Shown here: piece after piece, positions 1 to 12,960 of the stretch
How positions within the stretch are numbered: the first letter of the stretch is position 1
Layout: every line of letters begins with the position of its first letter
NCBI RefSeq assembly: GCF_006345805.1
Contig: NC_043012.1
Coordinates: 39,432,001-39,496,000 of the forward strand
DNA length: 64,000 bases
From: Octopus sinensis
Taxonomy: Eukaryota
Reading direction: 5' to 3'
Notes under the pieces: generated by a model
Database searches by the model: none
What the model was told of the DNA's origin: nothing
Seen by the model: the letters and a program-made list of their open reading frames with translations, nothing else
Position numbers and translations under genes: made by a program

Positions 1-43
1 CTCAGGAACGCTAAAAATATCAATGTTATAACAATATATATAT

Positions 44-131
<88 letters not shown>

Positions 132-695
132 ATATACACACACACACACACACAGACAGACCACCAGAGTTGTGTTATAGTACGTTAGGAACGTGGTAGA
201 GTACAGTATAAAGCGCGTACATCTTCGTAATTAACAGTACTGTCGGTAGTATTATTATATACAAACAAGTTTAAATTTGGGCATTCGTCGTGTGTGAATA
301 TAAATTTGAAGAAATTAGAACCCTGAAGGAGTGCGTTTGGACATTTATTTATGTGAGTGTATGTATGTTTAGATATAGGTATATATACATAGGTTTCCGC
401 GTGAGAATGTAGGTTTGAGTCACTGTGAGTGTATGTGAGAATGTATCCGACCGCTGAATCCTAAAGGTCAGCTTCAGAAATTCCCATGTGTAGCTAACCA
501 TAGAGATCAGGCCAGAGATACAACCGAATAGAAGAGCAATCCCATTGAATTGCCAGCCAGTACCATCTACTACAATTCATAGTAGTCCAACAAACGCATT
601 CTACTATCAGCCGCTACTAAATTCAAACCACGACGTGACAGAGGAGATGGCCTTGAAGTCGACATTTTTAAACCAACGGAGACAACACGCGTATA

Positions 696-795
696 TCGCC
701 TGAGGAAACGCAACAAGATCTCATTATCAAAACAGTAGCATAATCAAATACCTGTATTCTTGGCGAACTACGTTGTGTCGAAACAGTTGTGGCGA
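696..795 (+). ncRNA. Type I hammerhead ribozyme motif (degenerate) with long stem II insert, in a Penelope-like/retrozyme remnant (~160-848)
   Basis: TCGC-CTGAGGA-AACGCAAC...GTTGTGTC-GAAAC-AGTT-GTG-GCGA. Stem I is TCGC/GCGA. AATAAA follows at 798-803, then (TA)n. The cleavage triplet reads GUG, which is non-canonical. Confidence 0.6.
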
Positions 796-892
796 ATAAT
801 AAATAAATGTCCAACCGTACTCCTTTTTGACTGCAATTTTTTCAATTGTATATATATCTATATATATACAATTGTATGTATATGTATATACT

Positions 893-1290
893 CTTACTCT
901 TTTACTCTTTTACTTGTTTCAGTCATTTGACTGCGGCCATGCTGGAGCACCGCCTTTAGTCGAGCAAATCGACCCCGGGACGTATTCTTTGTAAGCCTAG
1001 TACTTATTATATAGGTCTCTTTTGCCGAACCGTTAAGTGACGGGGACGTAAACACACCAGCATCGGATGTCAAGCAATGCTAGGGGGACAAACACAGACA
1101 CACAAACACATACACACATACATATATATATATACGACAGGCTTCTTTCAGTTTCCGTCTACCAAATCCACTCACAAGGCATTGGTCGGCCCGGGGCTAT
1201 AGCAGAAGACACTTGCCCAAGATGCCACGCAGTGGGACTGAACCCGGAACCATGTGGTTGGTTAGCAAGCTACTTACCACACAGCCACTC
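893..1290 (-). mobile_element. tRNA-derived SINE family A (CORE-like body, internal CA/TA microsatellite)
   Basis: Minus strand begins GAGTGGCTGTGTGG (A box)...GGTTCAGTCCC (B box), then TTGGGCAAGT (CORE-like). Near-identical copies at 30232 and 61820. Confidence 0.9.
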
Positions 1291-1306
1291 ATATATTAGA
1301 TATATA

Positions 1307-1357
<51 letters not shown>

Positions 1358-2195
1358 GCTACCGTGTATGATCTTGCTAATCCCTTCTGAATGCTTACGT
1401 TTCGCCGCTCATGGACGACTACTACTTATGACAAGGTTTTAGAGAACTTGTCCCGTTCCACAAGAGTTGAACAAACATAGTCAGGTTCCGGATAGACAGC
1501 AGAGCTTAATGTATCCCTACATTTCTTTTTTTTTCCTCTATACTATAATACTTTTCCCTTGCTTATTTATTTCAAATCAGCATTGTTCACAAACCAGCGA
1601 ATTACCATTTCTTTGTAGATTAATGTAGAGAAATTAAGCTTTTTTATTAAGCATAGACACACACACACGTTTGTACATCTGTGTGTGTATGTATTTGTGT
1701 GTACACATACATGTATAATGTATGTGTGTGAAAACTAGCTACAAGTTTGAACTAACATAAACGCACTCACGCATCCGGACACATAAATACACACCTACAC
1801 AGAGATCGGTGTGTGTTGGACACATATACGAATGAAGCCGCATATTTGTGTATACGTATATATATGTGCCTGAGTATATATACAGAGACGCATTTACATA
1901 AATCTCAATCTGTATGACTGACAGGCATACAAATACATACCCATTTACTTGGAAACGTATTTATATACCAATTTACAGAGAAACATCCATACTTGAACAT
2001 ATACACGCTTAATTTTTTAAAAATTGATTGACTTGAGTTTTAAAAGAAGCTATACGCGTGTTAAAATATAATTTAAATATAATTTTATATTGTTAGTTCG
2101 TCTATCGTGAATGATCGCGTGGTAGTCTTCTTTAAAAATAGTTTTGTTTTAGCAGACATTGTTTTCGGTGATGTAGCAATAAATCTATTACATAC

Positions 2196-2240
<45 letters not shown>

Positions 2241-2271
2241 GATATGCGTATACATATACGCTTGAGTATAT

Positions 2272-2650
2272 GCATGGCTGTGTGGTAAGAAGCTTGCTTC
2301 CCAACCGCATAGTTTCGGGTCCAGTCTCACTGTGTGACACCCAGGGCAGGTGTCTCCTACTATAGTTTCAGGCCAACCAAAGCGTTGCCAGTAGATTTGG
2401 TAGATGGAAACTGAAAGAAGCCTGTCGTGTATATATATATATATATATATGACTGCATTTGTCCCTCACCTTCACCGTTTGACAACTGGTGCTGGTGTGT
2501 TTATGTCCCCGTAAAACAGCGTTTCGGCAAAAGAGGATCGATAGAAAAGTACCAGGCTTAAAAAATATATACTAGGGTCGATACGTTTGACTATAAATTC
2601 AAGACGGGGCCCCAACATGGCCGCAGTCTAATGACTGAAAGCAGTAAAGG
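2272..2650 (+). mobile_element. SINE family A, diverged copy
   Basis: GCATGGCTGTGTGGTAAG head; GATTTGGTAGATGGAAACTGAAAGAAGCC body; CATGGCCGCAGTC..TGACTGAAA tail. Confidence 0.85.
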
Positions 2651-2657
2651 ATGAAAG

Positions 2658-2702
<45 letters not shown>

Positions 2703-2719
2703 TACACACACGCACACAG

Positions 2720-2776
<57 letters not shown>

Positions 2777-2793
2777 TACACACACGCACACAG

Positions 2794-2836
<43 letters not shown>

Positions 2837-2955
2837 ACTTTGTCAGTGAAAATTAAGAAAATACTGAATTCATTTTGTCAATTGATTTATATTGAAACGC
2901 ATCACGGTGAAGTACACATCAATCTTCAACCAAGAAATATTTATCTTCGTACTCG

Positions 2956-3006
<51 letters not shown>

Positions 3007-3843
3007 AGTATATCTCTATATCTCTCTTTCACATACGCAAGCGTGTTGATTATATCTTAGTCTATACGTGTCTTTAATGGCTGGGTTCCTGAACTGTTTT
3101 CGTATCTCCTATTTTCAAATGGTTTCTCTATAGTAACTGCCGCATCGGTCAGTATTTTGATTTCATTGATTGTCTTCAAATTCTACGTTTCGTTATTTTT
3201 TTAACATTTTATCTCTGTTAGTTGTTGTGGTGTATTCTTCATTCCGTTTCTCTTATCCTGTTCTTTCTTGCTTCCGTTTAAGCCTTAAATATTCTCTTTA
3301 TCCGGCTGCTATTCCGTGTAACAATTCACGTCGTTTCCTTTTCCGAAGTCCTATTTTCTGGCCAACGGCTCGGTTTGTTTATTGAGAGTTACTCTCTGAA
3401 AGTGTTCTATCTAGTCATATGAAATATTCTGCTGATTTGCACAGTGTGACATTTGTATGTAAATATGTATGTATATATGTATGCATGTATATATATATGT
3501 ATATAGATATATGTAGGTATGTATATATGTGTGTGTATATATATATATATGTATATAGACATATGTAGGTGTATATGTAAATGTGTTTGTGTGTGTATAT
3601 GTATATATATGCGTGTATATATCTATATATATTTATGTATGTATATATATTTATATATATGTAGGCAAGTAAGAAAATGGAGAGGATATAAAATCGACAA
3701 ACATCAGCCAGTAAACATTCCATTATATCTATTTATTAAAGGATAACAAACATGTTTTTAAGTGGTAAAATTAAACGAATAAAATCAGCCAATAAATACG
3801 TAAACAGATAGAAATGAAAAGTAATAGATGAGTGTACATATAC

Positions 3844-3981
3844 AAATCCCTTACGGCCGTTTCTACCATGTGGTCTCAGAATTTTCCAAGTTATCCTCAT
3901 CGCATCAGTGATATACAGGAATGAACAAATATTGGTCAGGGATTGGATAATGGTTGAACCTCAACTCTCTTCAGGGAATCC
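3844..3981 (-). ncRNA. Type I hammerhead ribozyme motif with expanded stem II region
   Basis: Minus: GGATTCC-CTGAAGA-...ACCAT...ATGGT-A-GAAAC-GGCC-GTA-AGGGATTT. Intact core, palindromic stem III loop, GUA triplet. Confidence 0.65.
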
Positions 3982-5239
3982 AAATGTTATGTTAATATTT
4001 GTTACTTATTCAACGAAACCTGATCCCAATAACTCTATGCGTAGTGGGGTGAGGTCAAATCCAATCCTACAACCTAATTGGTCAGCTAGCATTTAAAAAC
4101 AATGGCGCTGTTCAGGTCTGTTAGGACTATCAATAAATTACAAGACCAAGAAATGAAAAGAATAAAATAAAATAAGAATACAGATAATTATAAGAATACA
4201 TATAAATATAAGAATATTTAAGGTGTGAATATTCAAGTGTGTCCCTACTAATGGATGGGCTTACGTGTATGTGAATAGCGCTTATTTAGTTATATCAGAG
4301 ATATACATCCAATCAACAGGCAAATATCTGCACGAGCGCCCTGGAGGGAGGAGCGATTAGTTGAAAACTAAATGAATGATAAACAGACAAAAAAGGGGTG
4401 TATCATAGAAACGTAGTCTGATAGTATATTATCATACTGAAATGCATAGCTAAATCATATACCAGAATAGCGTTTAAGAAGTGTTATCACGTTGTGGGTA
4501 GGTCTGTGTACTAATTTCAAGCTTACGAGTAAAGTCCGATATACAAGGGTTGATGTGGATATGTCTGAGTTAAAGTAAGTAAGGCTTGTAGACTATAGTT
4601 GAAGTTGGGTAACTGTGTATTGCAAAACTAGTGTGTATATCATTCATAGACACTAAAAGTGAGGTTGAGATCATTATCAGTTCTGGATATAAACAGAAAG
4701 TATTCATGTTACGATAAGGGTATAACTTAGGGAAGGTAAACAACCATATGTTGTACTATAATTATATCAGGTTGTTAAGTTGTAAAGATTGTAACTTTGT
4801 AACCATATGGAGTTAATTATAGTTACAATGGGGGTTATCTTGGCTCATGTAGGGATGATGTGTTATACATGTTAGATGTATTTTAATACACCTAGGTTAC
4901 AAGTACTGGTAGTTATATATATCCTAATGAGTGTATAAAATATATGCATAGTGATTTCTGCTAAGAAGAATATGGAATATGGAGTAACATTCCCAGGATA
5001 AACTGGTGTAATTGAATATTTATACCTATATATACACGTACACAAATATCTATACGTACATATACACTGACACATACATACACATGTGTGTGTATATATT
5101 TATATGTATGAATACACACACATACACACACTCACATTAGTAAGGTGTGTTTATTTATAACGAAGGTAATATATATGGCATATTGTGTATGTGGAGTACT
5201 TAGTGTTGTTAATCACATATATTAGGAAACATAATTGTG

Positions 5240-5617
5240 AATAACATTTGCATATATATATATATGTATATGTGTATATATATATGTATATATATATGTA
5301 TATGTGTATATATATATATATATGTATATGTATGTGTGTATATATATATATAAAAATATGTATATGTATATATATATGTGTGTATATGTATATGTATGTG
5401 TGTATATGTATATGTATGTGTGTATATGTATGTGTATATATATATATGTGTATATATATTATATATATATATATATGTATATGTATATATATATGTATAT
5501 ATGCATATGTGTATATATATATGTGTATATATACATATGTATATGCATATCTGTATATATATATATGTATATGTATGTATATGTATGTGTATATATATGT
5601 ATATGTGCATATAAATA

Positions 5618-5648
<31 letters not shown>

Positions 5649-5697
5649 GTATATGTGCATATATATATGTATATGTGTGTGTATATATATATATATA

Positions 5698-5731
<34 letters not shown>

Positions 5732-5892
5732 CATGTGTATATATATGTGTATATGTGTGTATGTGCCTATGTGTGTATGTGTATATGCGTGTATGTGTAT
5801 ATGTGTATATATGTGTATATATGTATATGCGTATATATATGTGTATATGTGTGTGTTTACATATATCTATCTCTCTCTATATATATATATAA
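5240..5892. repeat. Compound (TA)n/(TG)n/(TATG)n microsatellite array
   Basis: Directly visible low-complexity array; it explains all Y/I/V/C/M-rich ORFs here. Confidence 0.95.
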
Positions 5893-5894
5893 TA

Positions 5895-6060
5895 CAGTTG
5901 GAATTTAGGAAAAAAAACAAAACAAAAGATGAAGACGGTGTGTAAACAACAAAGAGATGTATTAGTTTAACACTCGAGAAGTGAGAAAGTCTTTTACGTT
6001 TCGAGCCTACGCTCTTCGACAGAAAGGAACATAGAAATAAACAGAGAGAAAATAAATAAC
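5895..6060 (-). mobile_element. Short hammerhead-bearing repeat (Penelope-like LTR remnant); hammerhead at 5991-6026
   Basis: Minus: CTTT-CTGTCGA-A-GAGC-GTAG-GCTC-GAAAC-GTA-AAAG. Homologous to 37180-37312, and both end in CAAC followed by (TA)n. Confidence 0.7.
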
Positions 6061-7351
6061 ATATACATGAGTTACGGAATGGAATATATAAGATCCGGGC
6101 TATATATATTTCATAGCCACTGGAACCTCGGAAATGGTAATATCCAAGCGAGATATATACCTCAGGCTACACTACAGTCAGTCTTCCATCCCGTAACGCT
6201 TGTATTCTTATCCGCACACCCGGCAATCCTGCTCCCCTACCGTTAAAATTAAAAAGTCGTTTTTTCAGTTTATTGTACTTCGATGCGAAAACGATTCAGA
6301 ACTTTTCGTCTCAATAAACCAATATTGTCCCTGACATTTCTTGTTTTTTTTATATTTACTACGGATTGTTTGAAGCTAACTTTTTTCGTACACCTGGTAT
6401 GAACGTACGTAACTGCGTGCGTGCTCTATAGGCGGTAGTATGTTCAACAATTTTTGTAGAAACATGAGCTACGTTTTGTATTAATTTGCCAGAAAGAGAG
6501 AGATCGTGTGTCTAAAACACAGGGCTTCGATCAGGATAATATTCAAAATACACACACACACGCACACACATATATAACTTGCGCTTGAATATGTATATAC
6601 GGGGACTTTATTGGCTTTCAACAAATAGTTTGTATAAACATGCAAATACAATCGCTTTCAACGGGGAGATAATCAAGAGAAGTTAAAATTTACCGTCACG
6701 GATAGCGCTAAGTGATAATATATAATTTTTTTTTTATGTTGACGCTTCACCAGCAGCACTGAGAACTCTTTGAAAAACAATCCAGTCGATAATATAGGCA
6801 TAAAGATAGAATAATGAAATCTGTAGTTTCAATCCAAATTGTTACGAATTCAGTCTCTCTTAATTCAGTTAGTCTAAAATATATTAATTTATATCATTCT
6901 TAATCGAGTTTACTTATCGCTTTGGTGGATTTGTCATTTACAAAGCGTTCCTTATGTATTTTGACATGTATGTGCGCATGAGTGTATACGTTTGTGGTGT
7001 GTATACGTACGTAAGATAGCGAGCGTTTACAAAACAGAGTTATAGCAATTAAATTTGCAATACGCAGTCCTGCATCTAATTTATTTATATTTGGACGTAA
7101 TACATGTAAACGTATATATATGTATATACATGAATGTGTGCGTGCGTGTATGTATGCATATATTAATACATGTACATATATTTGTATGCGTATGTAGTAT
7201 ATACACACATATGCCCATGTATGTGTGTATATATATATATATATACATATGCCTATGTATGTGTATATATATAAATATATAAATACATATGCCTATGGTT
7301 GTGTATAAATATAAATATATACATACATGTGCCTATGTTTGCGTGTGTATG

Positions 7352-7399
<48 letters not shown>

Positions 7400-7505
7400 T
7401 ACATACATATGCCTATGTATGTGTATATATATTTATATATCTGTATGCATTTGTATGTATATCAGTATATGGATCTTTCTCTCTAATAGTTTGTGTGTGT
7501 GTGTG

Positions 7506-7558
<53 letters not shown>

Positions 7559-8684
7559 GCCCAGAGAGAGAGAACGAAATTTGATTTAATATTCCTCAGA
7601 AATAAGTAGCTGTTTGTGTTCAACGCGAGGGAAATATCTGCATTGTGTCAGTTAATAACGATTCTCTCCCATATCAAAATTAGGTCTCAAATTCCCATAA
7701 ACGTTATCCACCAACAACATTATCAAATCTACATTAATCTTCCCAAAATACCTTAAATCCTTCAGATTTGTAAATCATGTCTATTTAAGCCCTGTGTGTC
7801 AAGATCGGATTGTCTAATGAAAGACGTGACTAGCAACGTCATAGAGTGATCTGTACTATTTTCTTCAATATAAGACGATATACGTTTTTGTTCACACACA
7901 CACACTTATGTACTAGAGGCTGCTAGAGTTCACTGAAGCCTCTCGTAGCTTTTGGTATAAACGATACCCATGGTTGAATGAACAAATCTACAACGAACCT
8001 TGACGCTCAGCAACTTAGTAAATGACCTATCAATTTTCTACACATGTAAACATTATATATGGCTTAATCTCTTGTATAAAAGCAAACATGCTTCACTCTA
8101 TTGAATTACTTGATTGATGTTGCTTCTTTCATACATTTGGTGGAAATGCGGATTGCATATGATGTTATAGCTGTCCAGCCACAGATCTTGCAGGCCTGGG
8201 CCTAGGGGACTTCCTGATGTAATCAACATGCCTATTACGCTAAACACAATTTAGCTAGACCTTGAGCATTCAATTTGTCCTGCCCCTTTCTCGTTAAGGC
8301 ACTGTTGTTTCGAAAAGTTTTAGGTCCTTTGTTTAACAGACCCGTCGAGTTGGTAGAGTTTCTCTGCATTCGCGACACAAGTGGTAATAATGGTGGGCGT
8401 AATATAAGCACTAAATGTTATTCACAATAAAGATGATGATGATGATGATGATGGCAGTTGTGTAATCAATTAAGGTTTATGTGGTCAGTTATGGTGGTGA
8501 TGATTACATGGATTTTGATCGTGTCGTTTAGCCCAGTGCCAGATATATATTGGTGCATTTGTTGTGATCCCAGTTCATTCAGACGGTGTGTGTATGTAAA
8601 ACAACGTTGGCTAATGTGTTCTTTCACTGTTTTTAAAATTCAAAACAATACTTTGATGATGATGATGATGATGATGATGATAAT

Positions 8685-8880
8685 GGTTTCAAATTTTGGA
8701 GCAAGGCCGGCAACTTGGTGGAGAGAGGCCAAGTCGATTACATCAACCTTAGTACTTGACTAGTATTTTATTTTTAATGACCCCAAGAGGAGGAAAAGCA
8801 AAAGACTTGACTTCAATGCGTAAAAAATGCCACTATCTTGTTCCATGTGTTAACCGTTCTACTAGATCGCCGCCTTAATA
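8685..8880 (-). mobile_element. SINE family B (Nin/Deu-domain), degenerate
   Basis: GTCGATTACATCAACC..TAGTATTTTA..TGACCCCAAGAGGAGGAAAAGCAAAAG is the reverse complement of the family B core. Confidence 0.6.
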
Positions 8881-9349
8881 ATAAAGTTTTATTTTTGAGA
8901 TGGGAGTCGAGGTAATATGGATAGTGTTGAGAATGCGAGTAGAGGTGTTCCAGGTGGCACAGGTTGTAGAGACTGTGATAGTGGGGGTCGCTATGTTGCT
9001 GCTGCTGACAGGTATTCGATAAATATCAACTGCCGGTAACTATGTACTTTACAAAATGACATATGGTGTGTGTATATTGTATCAGTGAGTTATATATGAT
9101 GTCTTAACAAAAGCACATTAAATTCTCAGTAGTTTATAATAAAGCTTGAAACTAGAAGCTAAAAAACAATGTGGCCATCTCTCCAGCTTATTGTGGAATG
9201 GATATTACACATACTGCATTTAGGTCTAGGTCAACAGTAGCAGTATCCTTTTTATACTCTTCAATGTGACCTTCCGCTTAGATAATCACGAAATCGACCT
9301 CAGATACTTTGAATATAAATGGCCATTAAACGCAGTGAAGAAAACAAGG

Positions 9350-9600
9350 CTGATAGTTGCTGTTATTACTGTTAAGGTTATTTTTTCTTAGCACTGAATC
9401 AGCCTTGATCAAGGAGGCCTGTGATCCAATATCTTTCAGTCATGACCATCCCGTATATTGTATAATCTGGAATAGAATGCCCAGTGTATCATTCCGCTTT
9501 CAAGACGGTAAGTTGACATTTGAGATATTGTTAATATTTATTGCAGGTCGAATACCGGACTGAGATTCCTTGTTGCCTTGGATGGGGAAGGTTTGGTTTT
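9350..9600. mobile_element. Degenerate interspersed repeat (family E); related copies at ~27310-27460, 46155-46290 and 49120-49220 in the opposite orientation
   Basis: Shared motifs GAAATAGCAG..AAAT.TCC.TC.AA and the CCTTGATCAAG..GGCCTGTGATC..CAGTCATGACCATCC region. Confidence 0.45.
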
Positions 9601-10849
9601 GGTTTCTGTTTCTAAGACATTGAACGCCGATGCAGGGACTGCTTCGAGTGTTTTTGTTGTTCAACTCACTGCCATGAGCATCTTGTCATTATAATATTTT
9701 ATGAGGATGCGTTATTTATTGTGAATACACCCCTCCTCTATCAATATTCTGGTGTGTAACCTCATGGAGATAGCTGTCATTTCTACGATGTTGATCGAGC
9801 AGCTGAAGATTTTTCGTGTGATGGCGGAAAGTGATGGTCAATGAGAGAAGTCAGTGGTTAGGAGGCAGGAGACAATATGATAGGCACAAGTGAGATGGAA
9901 AGGTCCAGGCTGGTGCTTTAATATATTTTAACAACAGTAGCAGCAACTACAACACCAGCAAAAGCAACGGCTACGACATTAACAAGAGAATCCACATAGA
10001 GAAGCTAAAAACGGAAGAGAGAGTGAGTGAGGTTCTGTGTGAAAGTGTATGTGTGAAGAGTGTTGTTAGTGTATCTTTGTGTGGGCATATACCGAAATTG
10101 TGTGTGTGGATGAGAAAGAGAGAAAGAGTCGGTGACAGTGACTCAGCCATTTTGAAGTAAATGGTGTGAAAATAATTTTATAAGACGAGATACATTAAAT
10201 AGCGATGCATATGGAATGATTTTCATTTCCAAACCTTTGATTTCATTGAATGGATTTACACAGCTGCTTACTTCTGTTACGTAATTTTATTCATCGACAC
10301 ACGCACACACAATACATACATATATATATATTTATATATATATATATATATATATATACGTGTGTGTATGTGTGTGTGACCTATACATATGTGTGCTTGT
10401 AGAATATTCGTTAAAACCCAAACACATACACGCTAGTATTGCAGTAAATACAGTTTGTTTCATTTTATTAATGCGATGTATAATCATTTCCACATGAAAT
10501 CATTTAGTTTTGCTATATTATCTTCCATATTTGCCAACAACAACAAGAAATGGCTTCAAATTTCGATTTAAGCTGATGGCAGCTTCACGCAATCCTTATA
10601 GAACTGATATGAAAGTTGACACTCAGTGATAAGGTATAAAGAACAGGGATATATAATAATGTCTAATGTGGAAATGTGTCCACAACTATCCAGTCGTATA
10701 TAACGATTACGGAATAGTGAAAGGTAAATTTGAACGTGATACTGTTTGGACACAGAAATTACCATAAATATTATACGTTAGGGCTTGGCATATTGCAGGT
10801 TGTCTTATCTTGTGCCCTTGCCTTTCAATGTGATTTTAGGAGCAACGAT

Positions 10850-11520
10850 GTCACGTGCTGTTCACCAGGGTCCTCCATATTTCGCAGTGTTTTACTAGAC
10901 CTCAGGGCCTCCACTAACGATTTGCACATTCATTCCTTGGAGTAGACTGACCCCCTTTTCCTCTGTGCACCCCTTTTCCCCTGTTACAGTTTCTTGAAGA
11001 ATGGTTTCTGCAAGGCCATATAGCTAGCCATACCATTTCACCTTTCTTTGTTAGTGAAACCTTCTTGGAATCCATTGTCGTACTGGGTAGTATCACTTAC
11101 TCGCTCGATGATGTGGTGCATTATAAGATTGTTGTATGAGATTTCCGTTTGCTGTGCCTTCCTCTGAATCTCTGCTGTAAGGGATCAGTTCTCGTGCACA
11201 CAGCAAGATGGAAATTATCAGCGTACACTTGACTTTCGTTTTCTTGTTCATAGTGATGCGCCTTCCCTCCATATTGGTTCAAGTTTGATGGACGCAGTCA
11301 TTGTCTGTGCGGTTCTTCCATGATCTCATCCGTTCACTCTTTATCATTGATAATTGCAGCTAGATTTTCGATATACTGTACTCTCATTTCTGTCTTTATT
11401 CAGGGAATATCTTTTGTCGTAGCACCCTTGGTATTTGTCACGAGTTTGGTATTTGCTTTTGTTATTTTGCGATGTGGATTGCCCACCCAAACTCTGTTGA
11501 GATTCTCTCAAGATAGCTGA
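10850..11520 (-). pseudogene. RTE-clade LINE 3' fragment (post-RT region), decayed
   Basis: Frameshifted minus-strand translation includes TLIISILLCA, KVKWYG and LAETILQETVTG, resembling RTE LKWYGHV..GLAKTILQG.V.G. Confidence 0.6.
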
Positions 11521-12299
11521 CTAATTTAGTCAATTCATCTTCCTTACTAGCCCATCAATGGCATAAGAAAATCTTAGTTTTCTAACGTTCCTCTATCCGA
11601 TACTTACTACCTTTCAGGACATCATTCATAATCTATTCCAGGGATATCTTGAAGAGTTTGAGGTAGACTTCCTTAGACATTATGAAACCAATCACAGATA
11701 ATGACTTGTATTAAAACTGCAATGATTACGTTGGTAGGGTAGAAAGCTGTAGAATAAATGTATTCGGACAACTAGACATTAATCACAGGCATTTTCCTGA
11801 GCTAAATTTAAAGGCTGGTCGTCAGACAGAAAAAGGGAAGGTGCATTGCAGAATGATTACAGCATCACAAAATTGTACAGCATTATCTTTAGTATCCTAA
11901 GGTTCTTCCTATAAATCTTGTGTTGGTCAAGCTTACCTTCAATCAACCAGTGACCTGTAAAATATGGTACTAGCCATGTATCTGGTTATTTGGTTGGTCG
12001 ACTAATCTATCTCTCCATCGAAAATACTGGTCGTGTTCCTAACATAGTGACTATTATAGTAAACGTCTTTTGTTGGAAGAAATGGGATTAGATAGCACAA
12101 ATAACAAGTACTCTGTTAACATTATTAAGAGAAATAGGAAATAGAAGCAGCGCCAATGCAATAAACATTATCGAGCACAAATACTTTACGTATGCGCTTT
12201 GTGTATTGTATTTTCAGATAGGCTGCGTGGTAGACAATACGTGTACGTAATGTTAAGCCACAATAATGGCGAAACATCGATGTCCTTCACTCCTGGATG

Positions 12300-12960
12300 A
12301 GATTTGGGGTGAGTTAACTTGCTTGTCCATGACTTTCTCTTGTTTTAACGCATGGCATTTTGACAAAATATTCTCCACAACGCCAACTCGCAGCCTTCTG
12401 GCAAAGTACACAAGATGTGTGCGTCAAATTTATGTGGTTGATAATGATTATTAAAGCAAGTTACAGAAAAAGGATAAAGTAATACAGAGAGATCAGAGAC
12501 AGAACTCGCATAAAACAACTTATTTGTCACTGTTGAAGCTTAACTCTATTCACTCATATGTGCTGCAAACAGCTGTTAATCCTCTCAAACTCTTCTTTGT
12601 GTAAATTAACGACCTGCTTGTTGATATTACGTCTAACAAGGTCCACATTTCTCTATTGATAAAAATCAATGTTTACGCGTCTTTAAATGTGTGATCACAG
12701 GAATCATCTTCATTCAACCTAAACACCTCACAACAGCCTACTTCTATAAACGAAGACCTTGAACAAATTCTTAAACAAGAACATGAAAGCCGAGTCTCTT
12801 TGAGCAGAATAAAATCACTCAGGGAAACAGTCTCGCTATTTGTCCTTTATCTGTTGTAAACTATAAGCATCTAAAATAATCTAAGTGGTTATATATCACT
12901 ACGTTCCATACATGGTGCTCTCACATTTAACAGTAACTAACCTGTACCTAAACAATTACC
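12300..12960 (+). pseudogene. CR1/Jockey-group LINE RT remnant
   Basis: VLQTAVNPLKLFFV*INDLLVDITSNKVH and SINEDLEQIL resemble GVPQGSVL.P.LF...INDL and S.N.DL..I. Confidence 0.5.

Noticed and set aside
1067-1390. Recurring peptide DGLLSVSVYQIHS..EDTCPRCHAVGLN (also at 30395 and 61990)
   Set aside because: Antisense translation of SINE family A, not a gene family
5151-5945. ORFs of up to 214 aa, and similar Y/I/C/V/H/T-rich ORFs throughout the window
   Set aside because: Stop-free translations of TA/CA/GA microsatellites
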